Origin: Prorocentrum cordatum
Lineage: Eukaryota
Reading direction: 5' to 3'
Assembly: GCA_963575745.1 (NCBI GenBank)
Contig: CAUYUJ010000208.1
Coordinates: 1-64,000 of the forward strand
Length of the DNA stretch: 64,000 nt
Made by a program: the position numbers and the translations under genes. Below are positions 25,508-35,954 of the stretch, piece after piece. Under the pieces are notes generated by a model that was not told the DNA's origin, ran no database searches, and was given only the letters and a program-made list of their open reading frames with translations. Position 1 is the first letter of the stretch. Every line of letters begins with the position of its first letter.

Positions 25508-27026
25508 ATGGAGGCGGCCGCTGCCTTGCGTTTCTTTCTCAAGAAGCATGCGATGGCGACAGGGGCTCCAGACCCGGACACATGGCTGAATGACATGGTC
25601 GCGATTCTCGACCGAGCGGAGGCACGTGTCCGCCGCCCGCGCGCGCGCTCCCGCTCCCGCCCGCGCGTCCGTGCGCGCGATCCGGCCGTCCCGCGCGGCC
25701 ACCCGCGCGAGCGTCCCGTGCAACAGGTGTACACCCCGCAGGCACTCGTGTACGTCAACACAAAGAAGATTGAGATCTCGCCTGGAAAGGCTCACGCCCT
25801 CGACCAGGCTATACAGGCAAGCGCGCGCCCAGAACCGCCGCGACGGTCGCCCTGCGACCGCCGCCGTTCAGGCGGCGAAGAAGGAGTTCGCACCTGCTGG
25901 GACCACCGCGCCTGCCGGGCCAGCGGCACCCGCAGCGGACCCGCTGGCGGAGCTCACCCGCATCCTCACCAAGGATGACGCCCCGACGGTTCACGTCGAC
26001 TTCCAGGCGCAGCTGAACGCCATCACCCTGGCCAACTTGCCCACCGCGGCGTGGCCCAGGCGCGCCCCCCCCCCTCCCAGCCTGTTTCGCCGGTCCGCGG
26101 CCGCCCGTCCGGCCGCGTCGCGTCAGGACCGTGCGCGTCGATTCCCTCGCATCCGAGGTCGACCGCCTACAGAAGAAGAAAGGGCTTGCCGCCCCTTTTG
26201 TCAACGTCGACTTGCGCCTGTGGCTTCCCACGGGCGCGTCCGCCGTCGGCCGCCCACATGACGACGATGCCACCCAGGCGGGCGCGGGCGGCGGGGCCAA
26301 GCCTCGCCTGATGAATTGGACCGAGTGGCACCTCGCCTTCGACCAGTACCTCGCTGTCCCGCCCGCCGACCGTACTCGCGGACCCTCCTCGGCGGCGCAG
26401 GTACGCTCTGGCCGCTGCCGCAACGAAGCAGCTCGACTTCGCCGCGGCACTCGCACACAAGCAGATCTGCCTCCTGGCATCTTGCCGCGCGCGCCCGCGC
26501 GCCCTCCGGCCAGCGGATTCCCCGCTCGCTTCGCAGGTAGCGGCCCACGCCCAGCTCAAGGGCCGCAAAGCCCACCTGGGCGTGTTCTACGACCAGGTCG
26601 CCCGCCGCTCCTGGGCCGAGAAGGCCGCCGCTGGCGTCACAGGTTTCCAGGCCCGCCACCCCGCTCCGCCGCGCGCGCCCGCGCCCCGCCCCCCCGCCGC
26701 GGACCTCGGCATCGCAGGTGAGTCAGGCGGCCCTCGCCCTCGACGAGGTGCTGCTCCGCCAGGCGGAGCGGGAATACGATTTTGACGAGAAGAGCCTCGG
26801 CAGCGCCCCCGCCGCCACGAAGCAGGAGGGAGCCGGTCCGGCCCGAGGCCCGGCGACGCCCAAGCGCAGCCAGGCCCACCGTGCGGGCCATGGCCTGACC
26901 GCCCAGCAGAGTCAGCAGAGTCAGCAGGGCAAGCGCAGGGCCGACACCGGGGCCAAGACCGGCTCCTGGAAGAGCTGGAACAACAAGAGCAACGGCGGGG
27001 GCGGCGGCAAATGGCAGCGCCGCTGA
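25508..27026 (+). CDS. Element 1 ORF1 (gag-like), 7 exons
   Basis: Predicted introns 25622-25726, 25817-25871, 26060-26126, 26346-26400, 26477-26536 and 26651-26717 (5 GC-AG, 1 GT-AG). The spliced product MEAAAALRFF...WHLAFDQYALAAAATKQLDFAAALAHKQICL...GKWQRR* is collinear with element 2 ORF1. Confidence 0.85.
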
Positions 27027-27259
27027 TCAGCGACAGCGCGCGCCTGACGGGCACAGCCGTCAGCACGGCGCGCGGAATTTTGGGCTTGCTGCTAATTAGA
27101 GCGTCCGACGCGGTAAAGGGTCCGAGGCGCACCAGGAATGCGCGGGCCCCGCCCTCCCTCCTGCGCCCTCCACGGCGCCCCCCTCGCCCTCCACGGCGCG
27201 CCCCTCGCCTTGGCGCCCCCCTCGCCCTCCGCGGCGCGTGCGTTCAGCTTGCTTTCGCC

Positions 27260-29899
27260 ATGAAGCGCTTTCGCGAGCACGCGAGCCCGGACGAGCCGGC
27301 TCCCAAACGGTCTGTGTCTGATGCTCGCAAGTTGTCTTTCGCCGAAGCGGCCGCCCTCGAAGGCGATGCCGGCTTCGAGCCGGGCTGCAAGCTTTCGCAG
27401 GACACTTTGGCGGCGCTTGAATGGATGGCATCGAGGCCACCCGAAGAGGCGCCCAGGTGCGCGCGCAAGGCGACCGCGCGCCACGACCGAGCGCAGGTAA
27501 GGGAGGAGCGTGAAGGGGCTGTTCTGCGGGTCCTCTCCATGGCACATCAGTTCAGGACGGCCGGATTCGTCGAAATCTGGGGTCGCGGCGCGGACCCGGG
27601 CGTCGCCAACGTAGCATCCGGCGTCAACGGCCCGCTCTTCGAACGCCTGGTCGCCGATGTGGACTTCCACGACCCGAAATGCGTTGACTTCTTCCGTGAG
27701 GTGCAACGCGCGAGGGGCGGCTCTGCTTCTCGCGCCCGACGGAGCGCGGCCGGCGAAGGGTGCACCGCTGATTGGGACACTCGAAAAATCCGGCACGGGG
27801 ACGGAGATGGCGCATAAGCCGCTGATATCAGCGGAAGAGATCCTTCGAGGCCGGCGCGCGCGCGCGTCGGCAGGGGCCCGGCTTCTCCTCCCTGGCCCCC
27901 CGCCCCGCCGCGCGCCAGCCAATGCACGGGACAGAAAAGCATTGTTCAAAAGGACACGGCCAAGCCCGTGCGACGAAGCGCTGCACGAGGGCGCACTCGC
28001 CGACGCGAGCGCGGGGCGATTGACGACGCCCCGGCGACTGAGCCCCGACGACGTGCCCCCGGATGCCGCGGTAATCCCCCGCTTCGGCGTGGAGCAGGGG
28101 ACGCGGCCGGACGGCACCGCTAAGGTACCCCGACGGCCGCCCGCGCCGCTCATTCGCGGACCGCCGCCCGCGCGCCAGGTGCGCGCCGTAGACGACTGCA
28201 GCGCGGCCCACCTCAACAAGGGTACGGAGCCGCAGGAACGGATGAAGCATGACACTGTCGACGCGCTGTTTGACGCGTGTCGGAAATTGGCGCGACGCGT
28301 TTCTCGGGCCCCGACGCCGCGTGCGCTCTGCCCTGTTCAGGCACCCCTGGGGCCCTTGGAGCTCTTCAAGGCCGATATTGATTCCGCCTTCCGCAGAATC
28401 CCCTTGCGCCCGGAGCACCGACGCTTCGCTTGGGTCATCTATTGCTTCGCCGGCGTCACCTGGGGAGCCCAGCACGTTGCCCTCCCGTTCGGAGCAGGCC
28501 CGCGCGGGCCATCCCGCCCCACCCGCCGCCCCGCCGCGCGTCGCGGCGCAGTCAGCAGCGTACACAACTGGGAGAGAATCGGCGCGGCCCTAGTGGCCAT
28601 CTGCAGGCGCCTCTTGCGGATCCCAATCCTGAGGTACGTCGACGATCTGTTCGGCGTCGAGCGCTCCGGGGAGGCCCGTCTCGCTCTGTCCCCTCCCCCC
28701 CTTCCGTCGCACCCGGTCGACCCTCTCCGCGCTCGCGCAAAGGCCCAGCACGCCCTCTCGTGCGTGGTCCGGGTGATCAGGTGCATCCTGGGCCCTACGT
28801 CGGTGGCCGATAAGAAAACTGAGTCGGGCCCGTCGCTCGTGATTCTCGGACTAGCCATCTCGGTGCACCGCGCGCGACGCGTTCGCGAATGGGGGGCTAG
28901 GGCACTGTGCGTGCGGTGTCGCAGACCTCACGCAAAGGGCTGATTGCGCGCCCGTCCAAGGACAAGGTCGACAAATGGACGAACCGAATCAGGACGGCGC
29001 TTGACGACGGTTCGATGACCGCAGGCGCGCGCGTGATCGCGCGCCGCGCGCGCCGGGGGCGACACCTTTCTTTGCACAGGTGGGGCCGCCAAGCTCGCGG
29101 GCGCGTTGTCGTGGGCGGCGTCGTGGCAATTCCGCAAACTAGGCCGTGCGATGCTGCGGCCCTTGTTCGCCCACGCACACTCGGGGCGTCCGTTTCTACC
29201 GCGCCCCGCCCTGCGCAGCCTGGCGTGGTGGTTGGAAGTGTTGCAGAGAAGCGTTGCAGAGACAAGGGAATGGGAGCCCGCGGACACCCGCCCGCCGGTC
29301 CTTGCCTTCGCTGACGCCCGGGGCGAGCCCCCACGAGCGGCCGCCGTCCTCTGGATCGACGGACGTTGGGAATACACAGACCAGATGCCGCCGGCCTGGC
29401 TAACGAGGCCCCGATCGCGCGCCGGCGACCGATCGATGCAATTCGGCCTGCGCGCAGGCAATTCCAGCAGCGGAGCGACGATCAGATCGCCGGACTCGAG
29501 ATGCTCGCTTCGGCCTTGGCGATCTCCACCTGGCAGAAGGAGCTCCGGGGCCGCAAGGTTCGCCTCTTTAGCGACAACACGATCGCCGAATGGTCGTTCC
29601 GAAAGGGATCAGCGAAGTGCTGCGACCACGGGGCCATCGTCCACCACTTCTGGTCGGTGATCGGGCTGCTCCAGATCAACCTCCGGATCGACCGTGTCCC
29701 TTCCGGCGGGCCCGCGCGTTATCTCTGTCAGGTCGGGTCCCACTCCCGCGGCGCGCCAGTTGATAACATTTCTGACCTGCCCAGTCGGGAGGATTATGAT
29801 CTCATGACACGCATTGGGGCCACCTGGAGGCGCCCGTGGCTGCGGCCAGAATTCTGGGACCTCCAGCTGCCATGCCAGCTCGCGGCCCGTCCCGTCTGA
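27260..29899 (+). CDS. Element 1 reverse transcriptase-RNase H, 12 exons
   Basis: RT motifs VRAVDD, KADIDSAFRRIP, LPFGAVSS, YVDD and ILG; RNase H motifs FADA, IAGLE, SDN and RVPSVDNISDLPSR. Predicted introns 27449-27496, 27701-27758, 27850-27918, 28125-28178, 28290-28340, 28498-28551, 28674-28742, 28863-28924, 29025-29079, 29408-29457 and 29706-29759. Confidence 0.93.
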
Positions 29900-30033
29900 G
29901 CGCTCTCGCGGCCTCGCCAGTGCTCTCCTTCCCCCCGCTCCTGCTCTCCCGCCCACCCGTCACCCCGCGCTCGCTCGCGCGTAGCGTCATGCGGCAAGTC
30001 TGCCCCCGCCCCGAGGGCATTTTCAACGTATCC

Positions 30034-30471
30034 ATGGCGCGCGATCGAACACCGCCGCGGAGGTGCTGTTACGTTCGGCTGATCCAGCGAGCGCACACCG
30101 CAAGTCATCTCGCGAAGGTCGCGGCGCATTCCCTTTTCAGGAGCGAGATGCGGCAGCGCGACACGGACGCGGCGGCCTCGTGGCTGCGGGGCCGCGGGAT
30201 CCGCTCGTGGTTCCAGCTCGGGCGGCTTCCCGCGGATTCAGTGCCGTCCCTGGGCTTGGCTAGGGACGCGCGCGCGACGATCCTCCGGGCCATCCAGCTG
30301 GCCATCGAATGCCGACTGGACGAAGCACTCTGCACCTTCGGCACGGAACTCGAACCGGAGTCCAGCTGCTCAAGCAGCGAATCTGATACCATCGACTATC
30401 GCACGACGATGGTGGGCGCGCCGCAGGGCGCGGACGTCGATGACGACCCAATCGAAACGACGTCGCCTTAG
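30034..30471 (+). CDS. Element 1 small extra ORF (145 aa) with a SAM-like helical segment
   Basis: ATG at 30034 inside ORF 29836..30471. AAASWLRGRGIRSWFQLGRLPADSVPSLGLARDARATILRAI resembles the C-terminal helices of SAM domains; acidic tail. Confidence 0.55.
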   Translation: MARDRTPPRRCCYVRLIQRAHTASHLAKVAAHSLFRSEMRQRDTDAAASWLRGRGIRSWFQLGRLPADSVPSLGLARDARATILRAIQLAIECRLDEALCTFGTELEPESSCSSSESDTIDYRTTMVGAPQGADVDDDPIETTSP

Positions 30472-30666
30472 CCGCGCCGTCACCGGCCAGCGCCGGTCGC
30501 TCCCGCTCGACCCCGCGCAAGGCTCGCATCAGAGAAAGAGACGCGAGCGCCGCCCGGGAAGGCGCGTCAGTAACGCGGCACGAACGCTCTCACACGCGAA
30601 GGGGGCTATCGAGAGGCGCGCAGGGCGCGGGGCGACCTCTCTCAACGCGCCCCTCGGCGCGCCAGA

Positions 30667-32238
30667 ATGAAGCTCGCCGACCAGATCGCCGTTGCGACCC
30701 CGTGGGCGTCACCCACGGTCGTTGAGGAAGTCGCCAAGTTTCTGGTTTCTTGCGATGTGTTCGCGATCTCATCTGTGCGGGCGGTTGGCGCACCGGAAAA
30801 CTGGAGCGGCTACGTGAATCTGTCGCCCGACGCGCAGCGCGCGATCGCGCTCTTCGCGCGAGCAAAGCCGCCGCCGGGCCCGCCACCTGCGGCGGCGTTC
30901 GTGAGTGACGAGGTGCCTGCGGCGCCCGTGTGCGCTCAGCCGTGTGTCTCCTCCGCCGCTGGCTCCTCCTCTTCCTCCTCGTCCTCCTCCTCCTCCTCGT
31001 CCTCCTCGCCCCCCCCGCGGGCGGGTGGTAGGAGTCCAGCCGCGCAGGCACCCGCACGCCCGCAACAGGAGGGCGTACTCTCGCAGCGGCTGCAATTAGC
31101 GCGGGCGACGGCCGCGCTGAAAGCGTCGCCCCTGGGCTCGAGAAGAGGAGGCCCGCGCGCCGCAATTCGACGCCTGGCCGTTGCGCCGAGCGACCCCGAA
31201 TTCAGGAAGCGCGCCTTATTCGGGGCCCGGTGCGCCGCCGTCCTCAACGGTGCCCCGCGCTCCATCGGCACGTGGACAGCCGGCCTGAGGTGCTGGTTCC
31301 GTTTCGCCAAATCGCAGCTCGGAAAAGGGGACAGCCCCCTCCCGCCAACTGCGGACGAGCTATGTCTTTGGGCTTTGTGCTTCTCGAACCCCGGCACTTT
31401 TGCCAATTACAAAGCCCAGGTCGACAAGGCCTGCACGCTGCTGGGCCTCGACCGCTCAGCGTTCAGCAGCCCCGCCGTTTCGCGCGCAAAGGCCGCGATC
31501 AAGCACCGTGCGCCCCAGCCTGACCCGCGACCTCCCCCTGTCACGCGGAAGGCGTTAGTCGCGATGTTGCCGCACGTGCCTGACCCTCAGGTGCGAGCGC
31601 TGTTCGTAGTCGCCTTCGCACTGGCCTTGAGGCTTCCCTCGGAGGCGCTGTTGATCAGCATAGGCGACCCAGCACGGGCGGCCAACTTCCGGTTCACGCA
31701 GGAGGAACTGGACCGCCCAGTGCCGACCATCGTGCTTTTCAACACGAGCGAGGCGGTCGTACTCCACCTCTCGAGGCGAAAGCATAAGCCCAGGCCTAGC
31801 GAAGTCAGGCGCTCGTGCTGGTGCAGCATCTGCACCGCGACCTGCCCAGTGCACGCCCCGCGCGCCCTACTGGGCGACCTCGCGCCGGGTGCGTCTCCTT
31901 TTGCCCACCTGGCAAAGCCGACCAGAGCCGGGCGCGTGCTCCCCGTGCCAGCAATTACCCGCAACCTGCGCAGGTCGGCGCAAGCGGCGGGCCTCCCCAA
32001 TGCCGCCCGCATCACCTCGAAGTGCCTGCGGCGCGGCCACACGGAGACTCTCCGCCAAAGCGGGGGGAGCCTCGCCACCATCTTGAGAGCCGGCAACTGG
32101 AGGTCCGGCGCATTTAAGGCCTACCTGGACCAGCCTGCCCTGGAAGACGCGGCGACGGGCGAGGGCATGGCCCTCTCCGCCAGCGCGGGCCCTGAGGCCG
32201 CGGGCCATGACCCCGCAGGCGCTGCATCTCAGCCGTAA
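30667..32238 (+). CDS. Element 1 tyrosine recombinase (523 aa, one continuous ORF)
   Basis: LRLPSE (catalytic R), RRKHK, CWC..C...CPVH, KCLRRG (HxxR position), AGNWRS and AYL (catalytic Y). Confidence 0.93.
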   Translation: MKLADQIAVATPWASPTVVEEVAKFLVSCDVFAISSVRAVGAPENWSGYVNLSPDAQRAIALFARAKPPPGPPPAAAFVSDEVPAAPVCAQPCVSSAAGSSSSSSSSSSSSSSSPPPRAGGRSPAAQAPARPQQEGVLSQRLQLARATAALKASPLGSRRGGPRAAIRRLAVAPSDPEFRKRALFGARCAAVLNGAPRSIGTWTAGLRCWFRFAKSQLGKGDSPLPPTADELCLWALCFSNPGTFANYKAQVDKACTLLGLDRSAFSSPAVSRAKAAIKHRAPQPDPRPPPVTRKALVAMLPHVPDPQVRALFVVAFALALRLPSEALLISIGDPARAANFRFTQEELDRPVPTIVLFNTSEAVVLHLSRRKHKPRPSEVRRSCWCSICTATCPVHAPRALLGDLAPGASPFAHLAKPTRAGRVLPVPAITRNLRRSAQAAGLPNAARITSKCLRRGHTETLRQSGGSLATILRAGNWRSGAFKAYLDQPALEDAATGEGMALSASAGPEAAGHDPAGAASQP

Positions 32239-32342
32239 TGCGCGCTCGTCGCGCCCTTCATCCCGCACGCGGTAAGAAACGTCGCGACGTTGGCAGTGGG
32301 GGCGCGCGCACACGACGGCTGACGCCGGCCTGCTGTTGCATT

Positions 32343-33056
32343 GGGTTGTAGCAGCCAGGCGTCGCCGTCGAGGCGCGCGCCGCCACCGCCTTGTGCTCGG
32401 CGGGGGCGGCGCCGCCCGACGCGCCGCCGCACCCATCGCAGGATGGTTGCTGCGACCGCGTGGCGGACGCCGCAGAGCGCCGCGCCCGCAGCGCTGTGGT
32501 GAGCGAACAGCCGAGGCACGAATGCTGTCTCGCGGGCACAGCAGCGAGGACGCGATGCGCGTGCGTCCGCGCGCCCCGCAGCGAGCGCGTGAGGTTGCGA
32601 GGGGCGCTTCGCCGCGAGGCGACGACACGCGAAACGCGAGAAAGATGGAGCCGCGGTTTTGTCGGATGCGCCGCGGCTAGGTCGCCGCGGAGGGAGCGCA
32701 CGCGAGCGTTCACCGCGGCACCGGCCAGCCTTGCCGCGCACAGGAACAGTCATGCGTGGCGGCTAGGCCGCCGCGGAGGGAGCGCGCGCGACCCGTCCGC
32801 GGCGCCGACCAGCCTTGCCGCTCGCAGGTTCCATAATTGTTTGCGGCAGGCGGGGCGCCCATCTTCCTGTGGGCGCGTTTCGCCCCACCCACATCCGCCC
32901 GGGTTGTAGCAGCCAGGCGTCGCCGTCGAGGCGCGCGCCGCCACCGCCTTGTGCTCGGCGGGGGCGGCGCCGCCCGACGCGCCGCCGCACCCATCGCAGG
33001 ATGGTTGCTGCGACCGCGTGGCGGACGCCGCAGAGCGCCGCGCCCGCAGCGCTGTG
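32343..33056 (+). repeat. Element 1 3' block: B1 (156 bp), A2 (386 bp), 16-bp spacer, B2 (156 bp)
   Basis: gggttgtagcagcc...cgcagcgctgtg at 32343 and 32901; the A copy starts at 32499. Confidence 0.95.
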
Positions 33057-35954
33057 AGAGCTCGTTCGCAAGCCCAGCGCAGAGGATGAATACTCGCAGC
33101 TTGGTACCGAGGGTCCTATCAGCTTGAAGTTGCTGCCGTTTGTGGTGAACGCCGAGCTGGCTGACCGCTTTTCCCTATTGTTATTTGCTGCCGAGGCTCG
33201 GGGGAGGCGAAAACATACCGAGACCCGTTCTGCTACCCCGTTTGCCTTTCGTCGCCCCGGTAGAATTGGGGCAGGAGGGGTTGTCAGCATCCAGTGTCGG
33301 TATGGTTGTTTTTGCCTTGGTCCTGATAGGCGGTCGGCGTGCCGCTCGAGGCCCACATCGATTTCATCTCGCGCAACGGGCGCGAGTGGAAGGCTTCGAG
33401 ATTGCACAGCTTGCTGTCGATCTGCAAGGGCCCGGTGGGCTTGCTCGACCCCGCGAACACCACTCACTTGACCCATAGCTCTGATGACATCGAGTTTCTC
33501 ATGAAGGGCAGTCTTCCAGGCTCAGATTCCCAGGGCACGCTGGATTCGGATGTCTCTGCGAACGATGACGCGCTGGCACTCTTGAAGCAGATGGCGAGTG
33601 GCGACGAGTCGCTCATGACGAAGTTTTCGGAGTGGGAAGACGTGCTGCTCACAGAAGGCCCTTGCTCAAGAGATCTGAAAGACCTCGAGTACCGCCTTGG
33701 CCAAGTCACCGAGCCTGAGGAGATGGCCACCCCCGAGGGGCTGGTGCGTTTGATCGAACTCCTCGCGGAAGCCCTGAAGAAGCTTCCCGATCTCACACAA
33801 GGTCTCCGCGCTGGATCCACCACCCATCTTGAGATCCGGCTTTCGCAAGCAGCGCCTGCGGCGGCGGAGGAGATCCTCAAGTGCAACGAGAACGATCAGG
33901 CGACGTTCCTCGCCACATTCTACGCACCGTTGCAAGCGGCCATCCTCGAGGTAGCCCCCGATCTCAAGGCGAGATTGAAAGTCTGCTTGGCCACGCTATC
34001 CGTGATCCAGGAGAAGACTCTCTCGATGCAGAAGTTGATTAACTTGCTGACCGCGATCGATGGGGTCCAGCAGGGTAAGGACTCATGGGGGAACCTTGAC
34101 TCCCGTCAACGCTCCCATTGCCAAATTCTGCCTCCCAGCGCCCAGCGCCCTTGCACTTAGCAGCTAGTAGCCTAGGGCCTAGCCTAGTAGGGCCTAGGGC
34201 CTAGGGCCTAGCAGCTAGCACCAAGCACCTAGCACCCAGCATCGATCAGCCTAGCGCCCAGCAGCTGGGCGCATTGTGCGTGGTATCCCAGTGACTCGAC
34301 TCTCCAGTGCATCCTAGGTCCTAGGTCCTTCTCAGGTCCTAGGTCCTAAGTCCAAGGTCCTACCTAGGGATTAGGTCCTAGGCCCTAGGGCCCTAGAGCC
34401 TAGGGCCTGGGTCCTATGTCCTAGGCGTTCGAAGGCAGATTTTGCATCAGGGGCGAGCTTTGATGTTGGTCAGGGTGTTTCTCATCAAAGCAGGATGAGA
34501 ACTGGAGCTTATTGCGCACCGCCCTGGTCGCTTGCAAGGGCCTCAAGTTTCAGGAAGACAGCTCGGAGAGAATTGCCGCCTACGAATTCCGAGCGGAGTG
34601 CATTCGGGCGATTGCCAGTGAGCCGATCGATACGTGGCACCCGAAGTACGCCACAAACCAGCTTATCATGTTGCAGTGTTTGGCTGAACTATTCGGTCCA
34701 GCAGACGTGCCAGAGGTCAGCAAGCTGCTTGATATTGCGAGGTTTACGGTCGACGTCGCAGCTGCTCGTGGCGCCGTGGTGCAGACCGGGCCGCCCGACC
34801 AGTCCAACGCCATGTTCAAGACCTCTGCCAGCGCTGTTCAGGCCCTGCATTGAGTGGCATTGTTTCCACTTCCCACTTCAATTGGCCCTAGCTCGTTCAT
34901 GCATGCCAGCCGCTTCCCATCGGATGCTTGTGGCGTTCCAAACTGACGAACTACTGAACTCTGAAAGGTGCAGATACGGCCTGCCCGTGAGATTAGACTC
35001 GACCATTAATTAATATATTGTTGTCTTTCTTGCTTCTCATGCCCCTCAGTAGTCTTATGCTGCTGCTCCTGCTGATCCTTCTCCTCCTTATCCCTCATCT
35101 ATGACCCCAATGCCATATCCCTTATCATGCTGTTCCTCTGCTCTCTACTCTCTCCTCCATGTCCTCCTCTCCTCCCTCCTCCTCCCCGTCTCCGCCTCCT
35201 CCTCCTCCTCCTAGCTCCTAGCGGCGCCTAGGCGCCTAGGCCCTGGGTCCTAAGGCTGTCTAAGTCCCAGGGTCCTTTCAGTCAGAATCTACAGTCCATG
35301 CGTCCATGCTGGGCGGGGAAATGAAAACATTGCCATCAGCTCGACGAGCTCGTCCGCCAGCTTCAGAAAGCCAGAGCCCTCGCGACTGTGGATGAGAGTT
35401 TGTGGCTGAACAGCAACTTCGGCAAGTGCGACATCAAGGCGACATTCGACTCGTTGGTCGAATCGGCGACCTCGACGCGCAATGCATACATCAGCGGCAC
35501 GTGCACGGTTTTCGCTGGCATGGTCGAGTTAGGGAAGGAAGAGCTCGGCGATCTTGGGGCTACGTGGAGGAAAGAGCTGCCGGACAATGCCTCCATGATT
35601 TGCTTGCGTGAGAAGGCGAAGGAGATTCTTCCAGACGTGAAGGTGATGGAGCAGAAATGGAAGAACCTCAGCACCTGAACTACCAGCTTGGCGAAGGTCC
35701 TGAATAAGTTCAAGAATGTGGAGAGTTGCCCTGAGCTCGATGCGCAGCAGAAGGTGAACGACAACGGCATTGCCATGCTTAAGGTTTACCGCTTGGCGAT
35801 TTGCGAGTTTGTGTTCTTGGAAGATGAGAACCTGAACAAGGATACCATCAGCAAGCAGATCAAGGCGCTTGCTTCCATCGGCGCACAGACAGTCGACCTC
35901 CACAAGACGATCTTCAACCATGTGCAGGGTATTTTGCAGGGGAAAAAAGCATAG
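33057..35954 (+). pseudogene. 3' exons of the interrupted host gene (alpha-helical-looking protein, function unknown)
   Basis: Exons ~33057-33159, 33330-~34074, ~34494-34841 and ~35330-35954. An in-frame TGA at 35676-35678 separates same-frame ORFs 35388..35678 and 35688..35954. Confidence 0.7.

Larger units (their letters stand above)
22416..33056 (+). mobile_element. Complete YR retrotransposon with split direct repeats (Ngaro/PAT-type), element 1, 10.6 kb
   Basis: A1 22416-22801; B1 32343-32498; A2 32499-32884; 16-nt spacer; B2 32901-33056. Encodes ORF1, RT-RNaseH, a small extra ORF and a YR. No target-site duplication is needed to rebuild the host exon. Confidence 0.95.

Noticed and set aside
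27657..28943. Bacterial RT system (retron, group II intron or DGR), or programmed frameshifts in the RT
   Set aside because: RNase H, a recombinase and split direct repeats identify a eukaryotic YR retrotransposon, and every frame change coincides with a GY...AG segment that is surplus in the alignment.
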